A stretch of DNA of 64,000 bases from a bacterium (GTDB lineage Bacteria > Zhuqueibacterota > Zhuqueibacteria > Residuimicrobiales > Krinioviventaceae), in the NCBI GenBank assembly GCA_963693055.1, contig OY843751.1:4768001-4832000 (forward strand), written 5' to 3'. Below, one piece after another: positions 41,484-50,944 of this stretch. Made by a program: the position numbers and the translations under genes. The notes under the pieces are model-generated. The model had not been told where the DNA came from and made no database searches. It worked only from the letters and a program-made list of their open reading frames with translations. Position 1 is the stretch's first letter; every line of letters starts with the position of its first letter.

Positions 41484-42710
41484 ATGGCACCTTTCCCTAT
41501 AGATGCAATTCTTGGTAAATTTGGAGCTTATCTGATCTATCTGCTGATCGGAGTAGGATTTGGCTCTGTATTAGAAATGGCAGGTTTTGCCCACTCGCCC
41601 AAACTTGCCGCTCAATTTTATCTCAAAGATATGACGGTCTTAAAAGTCATGTTTACGGCTATTATCGTTGCAATGACACTCATATTCCTCTCATCAGGGT
41701 TAATGCTGCTCGACTTTGACAAGCTGTGGGTAAACCCCACCTACCTCTGGCCCGGCATTATAGGTGGTTTGATTATGGGTGTGGGTTTTATTATTGGTGG
41801 TTTTTGCCCGGGAACTTCATTGGTTGCGTTAGCAACATTAAGAGTAGATGGCTTCTTTTTTGTACTGGGTGCAACCACCGGAATCTTTATCTTTGGAGAA
41901 ACTGTTAGCAATTACACAGGCTTTTGGACATCTTCCTACCTGGGACGCATAATTCTGCCAGAAGTCTTTCATGTACATACAGGTGTAATAGTCTTGCTTG
42001 TTATACTCATGGCTCTTTTTATGTTTAAAGGTGGAGAGATGTTAGAGGCCGCCATTGGTAAGAAAAAGGTCTCTAAATCAAAGTGGAAAATTGCCGGTGC
42101 CTCGGCTTTGGTGATTTTGTCATTACTGGGTATAGTAATTGGACAACCATCTGTGCAGGACAAGTGGGAAATGGTCTCCAAAACTAAACAGGTGCTTTTG
42201 GATGATCGCCAGGTCCAGGTTCATCCCGGTGAGTTGCTTGACCTGATGTACGATGACAGCAAAAATCTGGTATTGCTTGATGTTCGGCCGGAAAAAGACT
42301 ATAATATATTCCACATAAAAAACGCAAAAATGGTTGAATTGGATGATATCCCTCAATACGCTTCAGAGCTGCTGCATGAACCGGCAAATACAGTTATTGT
42401 AGCCATTTGTAATAATGAAAAACTATCTACTACAGCATGGAAATGGTTAACCGCGCTTAATGTTCCCAATGTTTACATTCTTGAAGGTGGTATCAACAAC
42501 TGGCTAGACATTTTCGGTCACGAAGGTCATGAAAGCTGTTATACAGTTAAAGATAAAGACGATACTTCTTTGCGGCATATTTTCAATTCAGCACTAGGGT
42601 CACGTTACGATGCGGCAGAACCGGAACCGGAACATCAGGAATCAAAACTTTTATTTGAACCCAAAGTAAAAATCGCCACCCAGGTAAGACGTCAAGGTGG
42701 CTGTGGATAA
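41484..42710 (+). CDS. YeeE/YedE domain fused to rhodanese, with a C-terminal GGCG
   Basis: GFG.VLE.AGF, DMTVLKVMFTA, GGFCPGTS; LLDVR...Y...HI..A, AICNN, YILEGGINNW; ends RQGGCG. Confidence 0.85.
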   Translation: MAPFPIDAILGKFGAYLIYLLIGVGFGSVLEMAGFAHSPKLAAQFYLKDMTVLKVMFTAIIVAMTLIFLSSGLMLLDFDKLWVNPTYLWPGIIGGLIMGVGFIIGGFCPGTSLVALATLRVDGFFFVLGATTGIFIFGETVSNYTGFWTSSYLGRIILPEVFHVHTGVIVLLVILMALFMFKGGEMLEAAIGKKKVSKSKWKIAGASALVILSLLGIVIGQPSVQDKWEMVSKTKQVLLDDRQVQVHPGELLDLMYDDSKNLVLLDVRPEKDYNIFHIKNAKMVELDDIPQYASELLHEPANTVIVAICNNEKLSTTAWKWLTALNVPNVYILEGGINNWLDIFGHEGHESCYTVKDKDDTSLRHIFNSALGSRYDAAEPEPEHQESKLLFEPKVKIATQVRRQGGCG

Positions 42711-42740
42711 AAAAAAAGCCCTTTAAAAGGGCTTTTTTTT
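42709..42740. terminator. Bidirectional terminator
   Basis: A-run-GCCCTT-ta-AAAGGGC-T-run between convergent genes. Confidence 0.85.
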
Positions 42741-43332
42741 ATTTCAAAGGCTGTACAGGAATTCCCCTCCTGAACACTCTGATTTTTCCATTATCAAAAT
42801 TTAATTTTAGTGACAAAAGCAGCATTTGCGCCAGAGGATCTTTATCTGCATTATACGCATTCACCATAACACCAAAACGTACAGATTTCGATTGTCCCGA
42901 TTCTATCAGCAGATCAACATCTGCCTGGGTATCAAAATTTTGTTCAGTTAATGATTTTATTAACCGGGGATTTTGCTGAATTTCATTTATTGATGGTTTT
43001 ACCAGAAAAGCTTTGCTTGACAAATTTATATCCAGAATTTTTTGTCCCGCTAAAGGAATCAAAAATCCTGCGCCATCAGACATCTTTTCTATAGATTTTA
43101 ATGAAAAACTGGCCGGTCCCTGATTTGTGATGCTGGTTTCATATATGGCTAAAAATGCCCACGATTGGGTAGCCTCATCGTAAACCGGTGTCATCAAAGT
43201 ATTACGTTCTTCAAGTTCAATATCAGACAATGCTAATTGAAAAGCCTGGTTTGCCTTAAACAGCCCCATTACTGCTATTCCCAGGGCTATAATTGCAATG
43301 GCATATAAAGTAATCGTTTTCCACTTCATCAA
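42739..43332 (-). CDS. Hypothetical membrane-anchored protein
   Basis: 197-aa ORF with one N-terminal hydrophobic segment and a GGAG RBS; no family recognised. Confidence 0.6.
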   Translation of the reverse strand: MMKWKTITLYAIAIIALGIAVMGLFKANQAFQLALSDIELEERNTLMTPVYDEATQSWAFLAIYETSITNQGPASFSLKSIEKMSDGAGFLIPLAGQKILDINLSSKAFLVKPSINEIQQNPRLIKSLTEQNFDTQADVDLLIESGQSKSVRFGVMVNAYNADKDPLAQMLLLSLKLNFDNGKIRVFRRGIPVQPLK

Positions 43333-43382
43333 TAAATCTCCATTTAAAATTTTAATAATATAGGAAAACGAAAAATAAATTC

Positions 43383-44210
43383 CTATTTTATTAATAATAT
43401 TTTATGAAATGCAAACATCTGCCCCAAATTGACGCGCACGTAATACACACCAGATGGAACAGAATTCCCGTTCATATCAATCCCAGACCATAAATATTCA
43501 TACGAACCCATTTCAAGCTTTCCAAAATCATTAAATGATATTTTATTACTCAAAATATCAAAAATTTCAAGATGGACATTTCCACTTTTGGTAATATCAA
43601 AATGTATCCGCGTTGAATTGTTAAAAGGATTCGGATAGTTCTTAACAACCAGATTCTGGTTAATCGGATATTCCGGTTCTTCAATTTTTGTATCAATATT
43701 CCGTACAACTGCACGGAGGAGAAAATCCAGGTCTTCTCTCAGCCACCAGCTTCAGCAGTCGGTATCGTATGAATGCAGGCTTATGGGTTCCTGATCATCA
43801 ACACCAATTGCAAAAAAGTTGTTTGGATTTTGTGACAATACAAAAAAGAAATCATCATCAACATTTAGGTCCAAAGCACCGAGATCATATTCGTTCCACC
43901 CTGCATGCCCACCAGATATTACAAACGGCTCAACAAGATCATTTCCATCCCAGGGTTTACCATCCAAATCAGCAGGTAATATTGACAACTTGAATGCCGT
44001 AGTCTCATTTACTTTGGGCATATAATATTTAATTTTCATCAATTTTGCAGGGTATTGAGAGGGAGAGAATTTTGTAACTACATAGATACCATTTTGTCCC
44101 ATTATAAAAGTATCGTGCGCAATTCCATTATCATAATACAACTCTTCATCAGCAAAAGTAACCGCAAAAAGGGTCAAAACCCATAGACACAAAATTTTAG
44201 TTATTTTCAT
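43383..44210 (-). CDS. Secreted FlgD-Ig/Por-tail protein with an in-frame TGA at codon 153 (Cys-TGA); candidate selenoprotein, 275 aa
   Basis: The ORF track stops at TGA 43752-43754. The same frame continues SWWLREDLDFLLRAVVRNIDTKIEEPEYPINQNLVVKNYPNPFNNSTRIHF...WSGIDMNGNSVPSGVYYVRV...HKILLIK to TAG at 43383-43385. Confidence 0.75.
43707..43751 (-). promoter_or_regulatory. Candidate bacterial SECIS hairpin immediately 3' of the UGA
   Basis: mRNA: UGA AGCUG-G-UGG-CU-GAGAGAA-[GACCUGGA]-UUUUCUC-CU-CCG-UG-CAGUU. The upper stem starts 11 nt after UGA and the loop begins with G (manual folding). Confidence 0.5.
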
Positions 44211-44235
44211 CCAGGCCTCTTAAAAAAATCAGATA

Positions 44236-44274
44236 TAAACACCAAAGGCCCCATAAAGGGGCCTTTGGTGTTTA
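44236..44274 (-). terminator. 17-bp hairpin after the PorV-family gene
   Basis: TAAACACCAAAGGCCCC-ataaa-GGGGCCTTTGGTGTTTA. Confidence 0.8.
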
Positions 44275-44295
44275 ACAACTCATTCGAAAATGAGA

Positions 44296-45315
44296 TTATT
44301 TCATATAGATGCTCCAGGAGATTCTATGTACAGAGCCAAAAAGTTCACCAAAGTCACCGTAGGAGTAATCAAATTTTACACCATAGTTACCCAGGGGTTT
44401 ATTGACACCAACACCAAAAGTCAATCCTTCTTCATCATAGTTAAATTTGTAACCACCGCGCAGGAACAGCATATTACTCATACCATATTCAGCACCAAGG
44501 TGAATACGTTCAGAGTAATCTCTGGGGTGAATTGCATCTACTGCAACTGTCAGTTTATGCATATCACTATCTGCGAACAAGGTCATTACATCCATTGCCA
44601 TACCAATATTGAACATCAAAGGCAATTCAAAGCGTTCAAACACATAACGACCCTGGCGGGAAAAGTTGCGGATTGACATAGCAACGCGCAAATCTTTCCA
44701 ACCTGTGTAATACAGGGTACCAAAATCAAATGCATTTACAGTTTGTTCATTTTGTACAACGGTTTCACCATAGACTTCATGCAAGATCAAGCTTTCATAC
44801 AAGTCCTGTTTAACCATTTTAATCTGGGCACCGATAGAGAATTGGTTACTGATACGACGTCCATAAGACAATCCTACAGCATATTCACCAACTTCAAAAT
44901 CACCAAGGTCTTCATAACCCTGATTTCTCAGTATAGGATCAGCTCCATCATACGGACGTGTTTCTGTCATTGTACCATAGTCCATATAGATCAAGCTAAC
45001 ACCAAAAGTACCCCAGTTTTTAAAACCGTAAGCAATACCACCGGCATAATGTTTAATGTCGGCAATCCAATTGGTTTGGTTCATTGCAACTTCAAAGCCA
45101 TCAACAAAAGCGAGACCCGCCAGATTCGAAAACATAGATGTAGCATCATCAGTTACGGCTGCACTGGCACTGCCCATTGCAGAAGCACGACCACCTACAT
45201 CAATTTTTAAAAACGGCATACCCGTTTGACCTAATTTATCAATAGCTTGTGACGCAGGACTGAGTCCCAATATTAATAGCGCCGTCACCAGCAAATAAAA
45301 AACAGTTTTTTTCAT
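44296..45315 (-). CDS. PorV/PorQ family outer-membrane beta-barrel
   Basis: KLGQTGMPFLKIDVGGRASAMGSA...D.TSMFSNLAGLA, HPRDYSERIHLGAEY, LRGGYKFNYDE, DYSY...G.VHRIS. Confidence 0.85.
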   Translation of the reverse strand: MKKTVFYLLVTALLILGLSPASQAIDKLGQTGMPFLKIDVGGRASAMGSASAAVTDDATSMFSNLAGLAFVDGFEVAMNQTNWIADIKHYAGGIAYGFKNWGTFGVSLIYMDYGTMTETRPYDGADPILRNQGYEDLGDFEVGEYAVGLSYGRRISNQFSIGAQIKMVKQDLYESLILHEVYGETVVQNEQTVNAFDFGTLYYTGWKDLRVAMSIRNFSRQGRYVFERFELPLMFNIGMAMDVMTLFADSDMHKLTVAVDAIHPRDYSERIHLGAEYGMSNMLFLRGGYKFNYDEEGLTFGVGVNKPLGNYGVKFDYSYGDFGELFGSVHRISWSIYMK

Positions 45316-45351
45316 TTCATTTCCTCCTTATTCATGCCTTTTACCCAAAGG

Positions 45352-47409
45352 TTATTTAACCACTACAAATTTGCCAATTGCAGTTTCACCCGTGGGGCTG
45401 CCTTGAGGACCATCTAATTCTTCAACAACAAACAGATAGATACCGCTCACAATTCTCATTGAAGAGAAAGTGTCCTGACGGGTCCATTCTTCGTCACCTG
45501 TTCCTTCGTTATGATACAGAGTCTGTACCAGGTCACCTGTCATTGTGTAGATATGGATATTACAATAAGCAGGTGTATTGAGGAATTTAATTTGATCTTC
45601 TTCATATTTGTAGCGGGAAAGGGCATTAAAAGGATTAGGTACAACAACTACATTGTCTTTCCAGTTTGCATCCGGTGAACGTGTAGGTGCAACAGCTTCA
45701 TCAACTCGATTATCTCCGGATTTCAACTGACCGGAACGGTTCAGCAGCATACTGCTTTCGGTTCCATCATTGGTGTACGCGGTTACATAATACCAATAGT
45801 TTTGTCCACGGATCACATCCGTATCAATATAACTATGAGTTGACGCACCAACATCTGCAAGTAAAACAAATGTTGTATCAGTTGGTATAGCCAATTCCGC
45901 TGGGCGGTAATAGTTACGATAGATTTTGAATCCGGCAAGTCCCGGGAAGCCATCAGCTTCTGTTCCCCAATCAATTTCAATTTGATCAGGAACTGAGGTC
46001 AATGTTAATGAGGGAGATGGTGGTGTAGCAGGAACCATCAACTCACCAGTACCCTTGAGAACGTTACTGTTTTCCCAGATTCTTTTCAGCATTCCGGCCT
46101 TTTTAAAAACAGAATCTTTACCGGTATCAATGATCATGTCTTTTTGTACCTGGCTCAGAAAACTACCTTGAACTCCTAGATCCATTACATCATAAGGCAT
46201 TTCAACATTAAGCTGACTAGAGTATCCGGCTTTATAAGCACGACCGGCATCAATAGCCAGACGATGGTTTATAGAACCACCAATGTAAGCAACAACAATA
46301 CGCACATCTTCACCTGGAGCCATCTGGTAAGGACCAAAATGGAAAGAACCGGGTTTTGCTTGTTCTTCTACAGGATTACTCACATGTGCTGCCCAACTGT
46401 CAATCAAGCTGCGATACATACCGCTTGCATCTGTCTGCAGACTGGGGTTAGCTGTATTCCAGGGGCCAGACATGAATTCGTAAATTTCATCATGGGTTGC
46501 TTCACTCAATGAAGGAAGTAACTCACGCTGTGACCAACCGGCTTTATGTGGTTGTGCAGGATCGTCAGTATCATCAGTAGTGCTTTTATCCGCATGAAGT
46601 ACCTGCATACCCATATATTGTGGTTTTTCAAAGTTACCCCAGATCAGATCAGGGTTAGCTTTGTCATCTTCAGGAATTTCAGGTTCATCTGCTTCCCACA
46701 TATAATAGAGACGCAGCGAATCCTGGCCACTTGCGTAACCAGCGCCATAATAATCTGACCACAAGTTACCAGGATAATGATCACCTGTCATCATTTCGGT
46801 TACAATACTAAAATAAACATCATTTTTAGCTTCGTTAGATGCGTTTTCAAAAATCCATTCATAAACAACAAAGTCGTCATATTCTTGATTGGCACACGCG
46901 TAAACCCAACGTTCTACATCAATACCGGTCCAGGTATTCCACTTGCCATAGACCATACCGTCTGCAGGAATATTTTCATCAACCGGGTCGGTTTTGTACT
47001 GAGCGTCAGTCCAGTCACGGCCATCAATCATTCTGATGGGGGGTGCGTATTTGAAAACACGTTTAAAAGCACCACTAACGGGCACAATAACGTTTTCAAT
47101 TTCGGTAAATTTACTTTGTATACCCTGGGCAATTTTATGTTCCCAAGGTACACCATTACCGTCCGTCCAACTCATTTTAACACCAACATTGATACCATTA
47201 ACAGATGAAACTTCTCTGGCATCACTGTCAAGATTTTCATTCCAGGTTTGGGGGTATTGCATTGACATTGCACTGATCGTCTCTCCCGGTGTCACCTGGA
47301 TATCACCGAATCGCAACTGTCTGGTAGACGACTGACCCAATAGTGTTGAATTTATGAGCAACAGCAGAACAAGAACAAATAATCCGCCGTACTTGAAAAG
47401 TTTTTTCAT
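45352..47409 (-). CDS. Secreted protein with an FN3-like domain and a variant secretion tail
   Basis: Signal peptide; PATPPSPSL, GFKIYR, YWYYVTAY; tail VVVVPNPF...IKFLN.P..C.I.IYT.TGDLV...SGIYLFVVE...GKFVVVK. Confidence 0.75.
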   Translation of the reverse strand: MKKLFKYGGLFVLVLLLLINSTLLGQSSTRQLRFGDIQVTPGETISAMSMQYPQTWNENLDSDAREVSSVNGINVGVKMSWTDGNGVPWEHKIAQGIQSKFTEIENVIVPVSGAFKRVFKYAPPIRMIDGRDWTDAQYKTDPVDENIPADGMVYGKWNTWTGIDVERWVYACANQEYDDFVVYEWIFENASNEAKNDVYFSIVTEMMTGDHYPGNLWSDYYGAGYASGQDSLRLYYMWEADEPEIPEDDKANPDLIWGNFEKPQYMGMQVLHADKSTTDDTDDPAQPHKAGWSQRELLPSLSEATHDEIYEFMSGPWNTANPSLQTDASGMYRSLIDSWAAHVSNPVEEQAKPGSFHFGPYQMAPGEDVRIVVAYIGGSINHRLAIDAGRAYKAGYSSQLNVEMPYDVMDLGVQGSFLSQVQKDMIIDTGKDSVFKKAGMLKRIWENSNVLKGTGELMVPATPPSPSLTLTSVPDQIEIDWGTEADGFPGLAGFKIYRNYYRPAELAIPTDTTFVLLADVGASTHSYIDTDVIRGQNYWYYVTAYTNDGTESSMLLNRSGQLKSGDNRVDEAVAPTRSPDANWKDNVVVVPNPFNALSRYKYEEDQIKFLNTPAYCNIHIYTMTGDLVQTLYHNEGTGDEEWTRQDTFSSMRIVSGIYLFVVEELDGPQGSPTGETAIGKFVVVK

Positions 47410-47473
47410 ATTTATTTCCTCCTAAACAGAGTCCACAAGTTTGATTCCGTTGAAATAACTTGTATTAATGATA

Positions 47474-50400
47474 TCAATAGAAATTAATTTTGATACCGAA
47501 AAAGATATCACGTTTTTCCAGGAATGTCCATGGAGTAAACGACGGCATTACGATATAATCTTTGCCGTTGCTGTCTGTTGGGTAATCTCCGGGACGATCG
47601 CCACCTTCAATGTCCAATGAATTCATATAAGCTCTGAATTCACCATTCCACCATTTGTGATCGTTCCATGCCCAGTTTCCATTAACACCTGTGAGAACTC
47701 TGTTATCACCATAAGAATAATCATCGGGATAGGTCATATTCTTGTTATTAAATACGTTAAAAACATCTACGTAAAATACGGTTTCCATGCCCCATTTATG
47801 GAACAGACGTTTGGTGAAACGCATATCTGTTCTTTGGTAGGGACGCCAGCGGATATTGTCTTCTACATATGGAATACCTTTGGGATTCCAGGTGAATACT
47901 TCACCCGCACGCCAATAGTACAAGAAATTCAGGTTCATGTCAGCAAAAACCGGGTAACCTGCAAGCCTGTAACCAAAATCAGCTGGTGTATGGAAATCTA
48001 CATTAACTTTCCAAACCGGGCGAGCAACAGGTTGTGTAATATCAGTATTCCATAATTGATCACCACTATTGGGATCTTCACGGTAATACTCGGTACCGTA
48101 ACGACCGCGGCTTGAGATCATGTATTCATAACTGGTAAAACCGGTTACAAATGTTCCACGACGCAATTCAGCCATCAACTCGACACCACGAATATCGCGG
48201 TACTGGTTGTTTTCCGGGAAACGTACATCCGAACCTTCCATAGGATAGTAACGGATTTCGTTATATTCGTCAGACACGTCTTTATAATAACCGGTAGCGG
48301 TCAACTGGAACATGTCCATTAAATTATGAGCATAGCCCACTTCGTACATGATGGTTTTGGGAGGAACTAAACTGGGGTTACCCAGGTTTGAAATTCTCCA
48401 GCCATCAGTTGTACGTTGGCGATAATAGTACAAATCATACGCACTGGGCCATTTGTAAAAGTGGCCATAGTTAAAAAAGATTTTTGCGTCGTTTGAAATT
48501 GGATGAGAGATACCAACACGCGGGCTTATACGCGCCTGCGTAATACCTTCCCAATTCAACATATCCAGACTGTCAGACTTGCCTGCCTGCAGAAATCTGG
48601 TATAGGGAGATGCGTTGGGATCATTAGGATCAGTATTATTGATCATTTCACCGCGTTTTTGTACGTCCATACGCAGACCCAGGTTTGCAATCATACCCTG
48701 GAATTCAAGTTTATCTTGAACAAACAAGGCACCTGACCAGGGTTTTGCTTTGGCAAAGTACCAGCTACCACCGTTAACGGAGGGATCGATTTCGCCATAT
48801 TCACCATGAATTTTATCATGTTGTAATTCAAAACCGGCTTTAATCTGGTTAAAACGGTTAACCTGACTGGTAACAGCGGCTTTTAATACATATTTACGGA
48901 ATACAGAATTGTTTTCACGCAGGTTACAAGATTCCATACGGTATTCACCAGTCACATCACGCCAGTTCACAGGACCATAGCCCCATGGACCTTCATCGTA
49001 CCAGTAATCACCAATTTTAACACGTGCGTAATTCTGCCAGTTTTCCCAATCATAATCACCATTGTCAATATGTTCCTGGATTTCATCAGCAGTACCTAAA
49101 CGGCCATACTGTAAATGGGTTGCGTTCCATTCATTACCCTGGATTTTAATGGTGTTACGATGATACATATCATGACCTTCTTCAGTCAGCAGATGGCTGA
49201 ATGTAACTTCATAAAATGTTGAAGGAGATAATACGTGCGTAAACTGGAAGCCCATTGAAACACGTTCCTGAACTGCGGTAACGTTACAATAGGGGTACCA
49301 CATTTTGTTTGCGGCAGACATACTGTTGGGAACATCACTTTCAAAACCAGAGCTATTGCTGGAGAAAGCATTGTTGGTAATTTCAATACCAATACCGCCA
49401 CCCTGGCTACCATTTGTACCACTCTGTTTTCCATATAAAAAGTTGAGGTTCAACTTCATAGATTCATTTAAATTTGTGGTTAATTTAAGGTTCGTCAGGC
49501 GATCACGATAATGATCTTGAGGAAAAACACGTGCGTAATATGTTTTTTCTTCTCTATGAGAAGCAAAGAATTTAACACCATTTAAAAATGGAATTGGGCC
49601 GCCAAAAGTAAAGGACCCGACAAAATCACCTTCATCACCATATTCGTACACGTCATCTTCATCGGGATCAATGCCGGTAACATCGGCATTTACCTTACCT
49701 TGTTCTGCAAGGCTCAACAACAATTCTAAATTATCTTTGGATCTGTGGCGCCACAAGTACAGTGCCAGATTTTCATAAGGTTCACCATAGTGGGGATCAC
49801 CAGGTTGCAGGGTACCATTGGTTCCCAAAACCCATTTGGATGAATCCCACCAGTTAGACAATTCAGCACCGCTTGCGTCAACGGGAATACCATTTGCGCT
49901 TACTTCAACACCTGAATATTTGAACCAGCCGGGGAAAAACTGACTTGCTGTACCCACTTCCCCCATGCCACCTTCACGGTAATATCCGGTCCACGCACCG
50001 TCTTTGGCGTAAAGAAACGGGCGTACCAAAGGCGAATCTTTACCATAGATCATGGGACCAAAACCCTTTAAAGCAGCTGGGCTGTATTTAAAATCAATAC
50101 TTCCGGTGTAACGGTCGCCACCTTCTTTGGTAACAACATTGATCAATCCTGAACGAACATTACCATATTCAGCATTGAAACCACCGGTAATAACCTGAAT
50201 TTCCTGCACAGCGTCCATATTAATCTTCATATAAGGACGATTGCGGATTTCATCAGTCATTGCCATACCATCGGTGATCATAGCACCATTGGTATAATCC
50301 TGACCGCGGAAACGCGGGTGAGATGCATTCGCACCAAAACCGGAAATACCAACCTGCGCATGCATTACATTTGCAAGGTCTTTGTATGCAGCATTTTCAA

Positions 50401-50827
50401 GTTGTTCGGGGGAAATAATTTGTTGGGTGCTGGAAACATCGAGGGGAACAATTGCGCGTTCTGCAACTACTGTAACTTCCTGAGAAGCTTCCAGAACTTT
50501 TTCTTCGAGTTTAAAATCTGCGACCGTTGTGCGGTCAACGTTTACACCTACTCCTGTAAGTTTAAGAGGTGTGTAACCAATCATTGTAGCGGTTAATGCA
50601 TATTGTCCTGGACGGATATTAATAATAAAATAATAACCATCAAGGTCTGTTGCAGCACCCATCTGGGTACCTTCAATCACAACATTAACGCCAGGGAGTG
50701 GCTCCCCTGTTTTTGCGTCTGTTACTCTACCTGATATTTTACCGGTTGTTGCCGAAAAACCCGTACCGGCAATTAACAGGCCTAGTATAAATACACAGGC
50801 GAGTTTAAATATTACACTTCTCTGCAT
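47474..50827 (-). CDS. TonB-dependent receptor with an N-terminal carboxypeptidase-regulatory-like domain
   Basis: TTGKISGRVTDAKTGEPLPG.NV, EIQVITGGFNAEYG...SGLINVVTKEG, FVQDKLE, SPRVGISHPI, FFNYGHFY, YEVG, aromatic C-terminus. Confidence 0.9.
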   Translation of the reverse strand: MQRSVIFKLACVFILGLLIAGTGFSATTGKISGRVTDAKTGEPLPGVNVVIEGTQMGAATDLDGYYFIINIRPGQYALTATMIGYTPLKLTGVGVNVDRTTVADFKLEEKVLEASQEVTVVAERAIVPLDVSSTQQIISPEQLENAAYKDLANVMHAQVGISGFGANASHPRFRGQDYTNGAMITDGMAMTDEIRNRPYMKINMDAVQEIQVITGGFNAEYGNVRSGLINVVTKEGGDRYTGSIDFKYSPAALKGFGPMIYGKDSPLVRPFLYAKDGAWTGYYREGGMGEVGTASQFFPGWFKYSGVEVSANGIPVDASGAELSNWWDSSKWVLGTNGTLQPGDPHYGEPYENLALYLWRHRSKDNLELLLSLAEQGKVNADVTGIDPDEDDVYEYGDEGDFVGSFTFGGPIPFLNGVKFFASHREEKTYYARVFPQDHYRDRLTNLKLTTNLNESMKLNLNFLYGKQSGTNGSQGGGIGIEITNNAFSSNSSGFESDVPNSMSAANKMWYPYCNVTAVQERVSMGFQFTHVLSPSTFYEVTFSHLLTEEGHDMYHRNTIKIQGNEWNATHLQYGRLGTADEIQEHIDNGDYDWENWQNYARVKIGDYWYDEGPWGYGPVNWRDVTGEYRMESCNLRENNSVFRKYVLKAAVTSQVNRFNQIKAGFELQHDKIHGEYGEIDPSVNGGSWYFAKAKPWSGALFVQDKLEFQGMIANLGLRMDVQKRGEMINNTDPNDPNASPYTRFLQAGKSDSLDMLNWEGITQARISPRVGISHPISNDAKIFFNYGHFYKWPSAYDLYYYRQRTTDGWRISNLGNPSLVPPKTIMYEVGYAHNLMDMFQLTATGYYKDVSDEYNEIRYYPMEGSDVRFPENNQYRDIRGVELMAELRRGTFVTGFTSYEYMISSRGRYGTEYYREDPNSGDQLWNTDITQPVARPVWKVNVDFHTPADFGYRLAGYPVFADMNLNFLYYWRAGEVFTWNPKGIPYVEDNIRWRPYQRTDMRFTKRLFHKWGMETVFYVDVFNVFNNKNMTYPDDYSYGDNRVLTGVNGNWAWNDHKWWNGEFRAYMNSLDIEGGDRPGDYPTDSNGKDYIVMPSFTPWTFLEKRDIFFGIKINFY

Positions 50828-50944
50828 GGAATAACCTCCTTTACCCTAATTAATAGCAGAAGGAATTAATAAATCTACCCAATTAATAACCTTTTACCAA
50901 AAGACTACCCTTCTTTTAGTAAAAATAGTTGTTGCTAAAAAACT

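Noticed and set aside
43752-44210. The 152-aa ORF as a complete gene, or TGA reassigned genome-wide (code 4/25)
   Set aside because: The domain and secretion tail continue in frame past the TGA, while TGA ends other genes at their natural C-termini (pntAB, TBDR, mvaS, fni).
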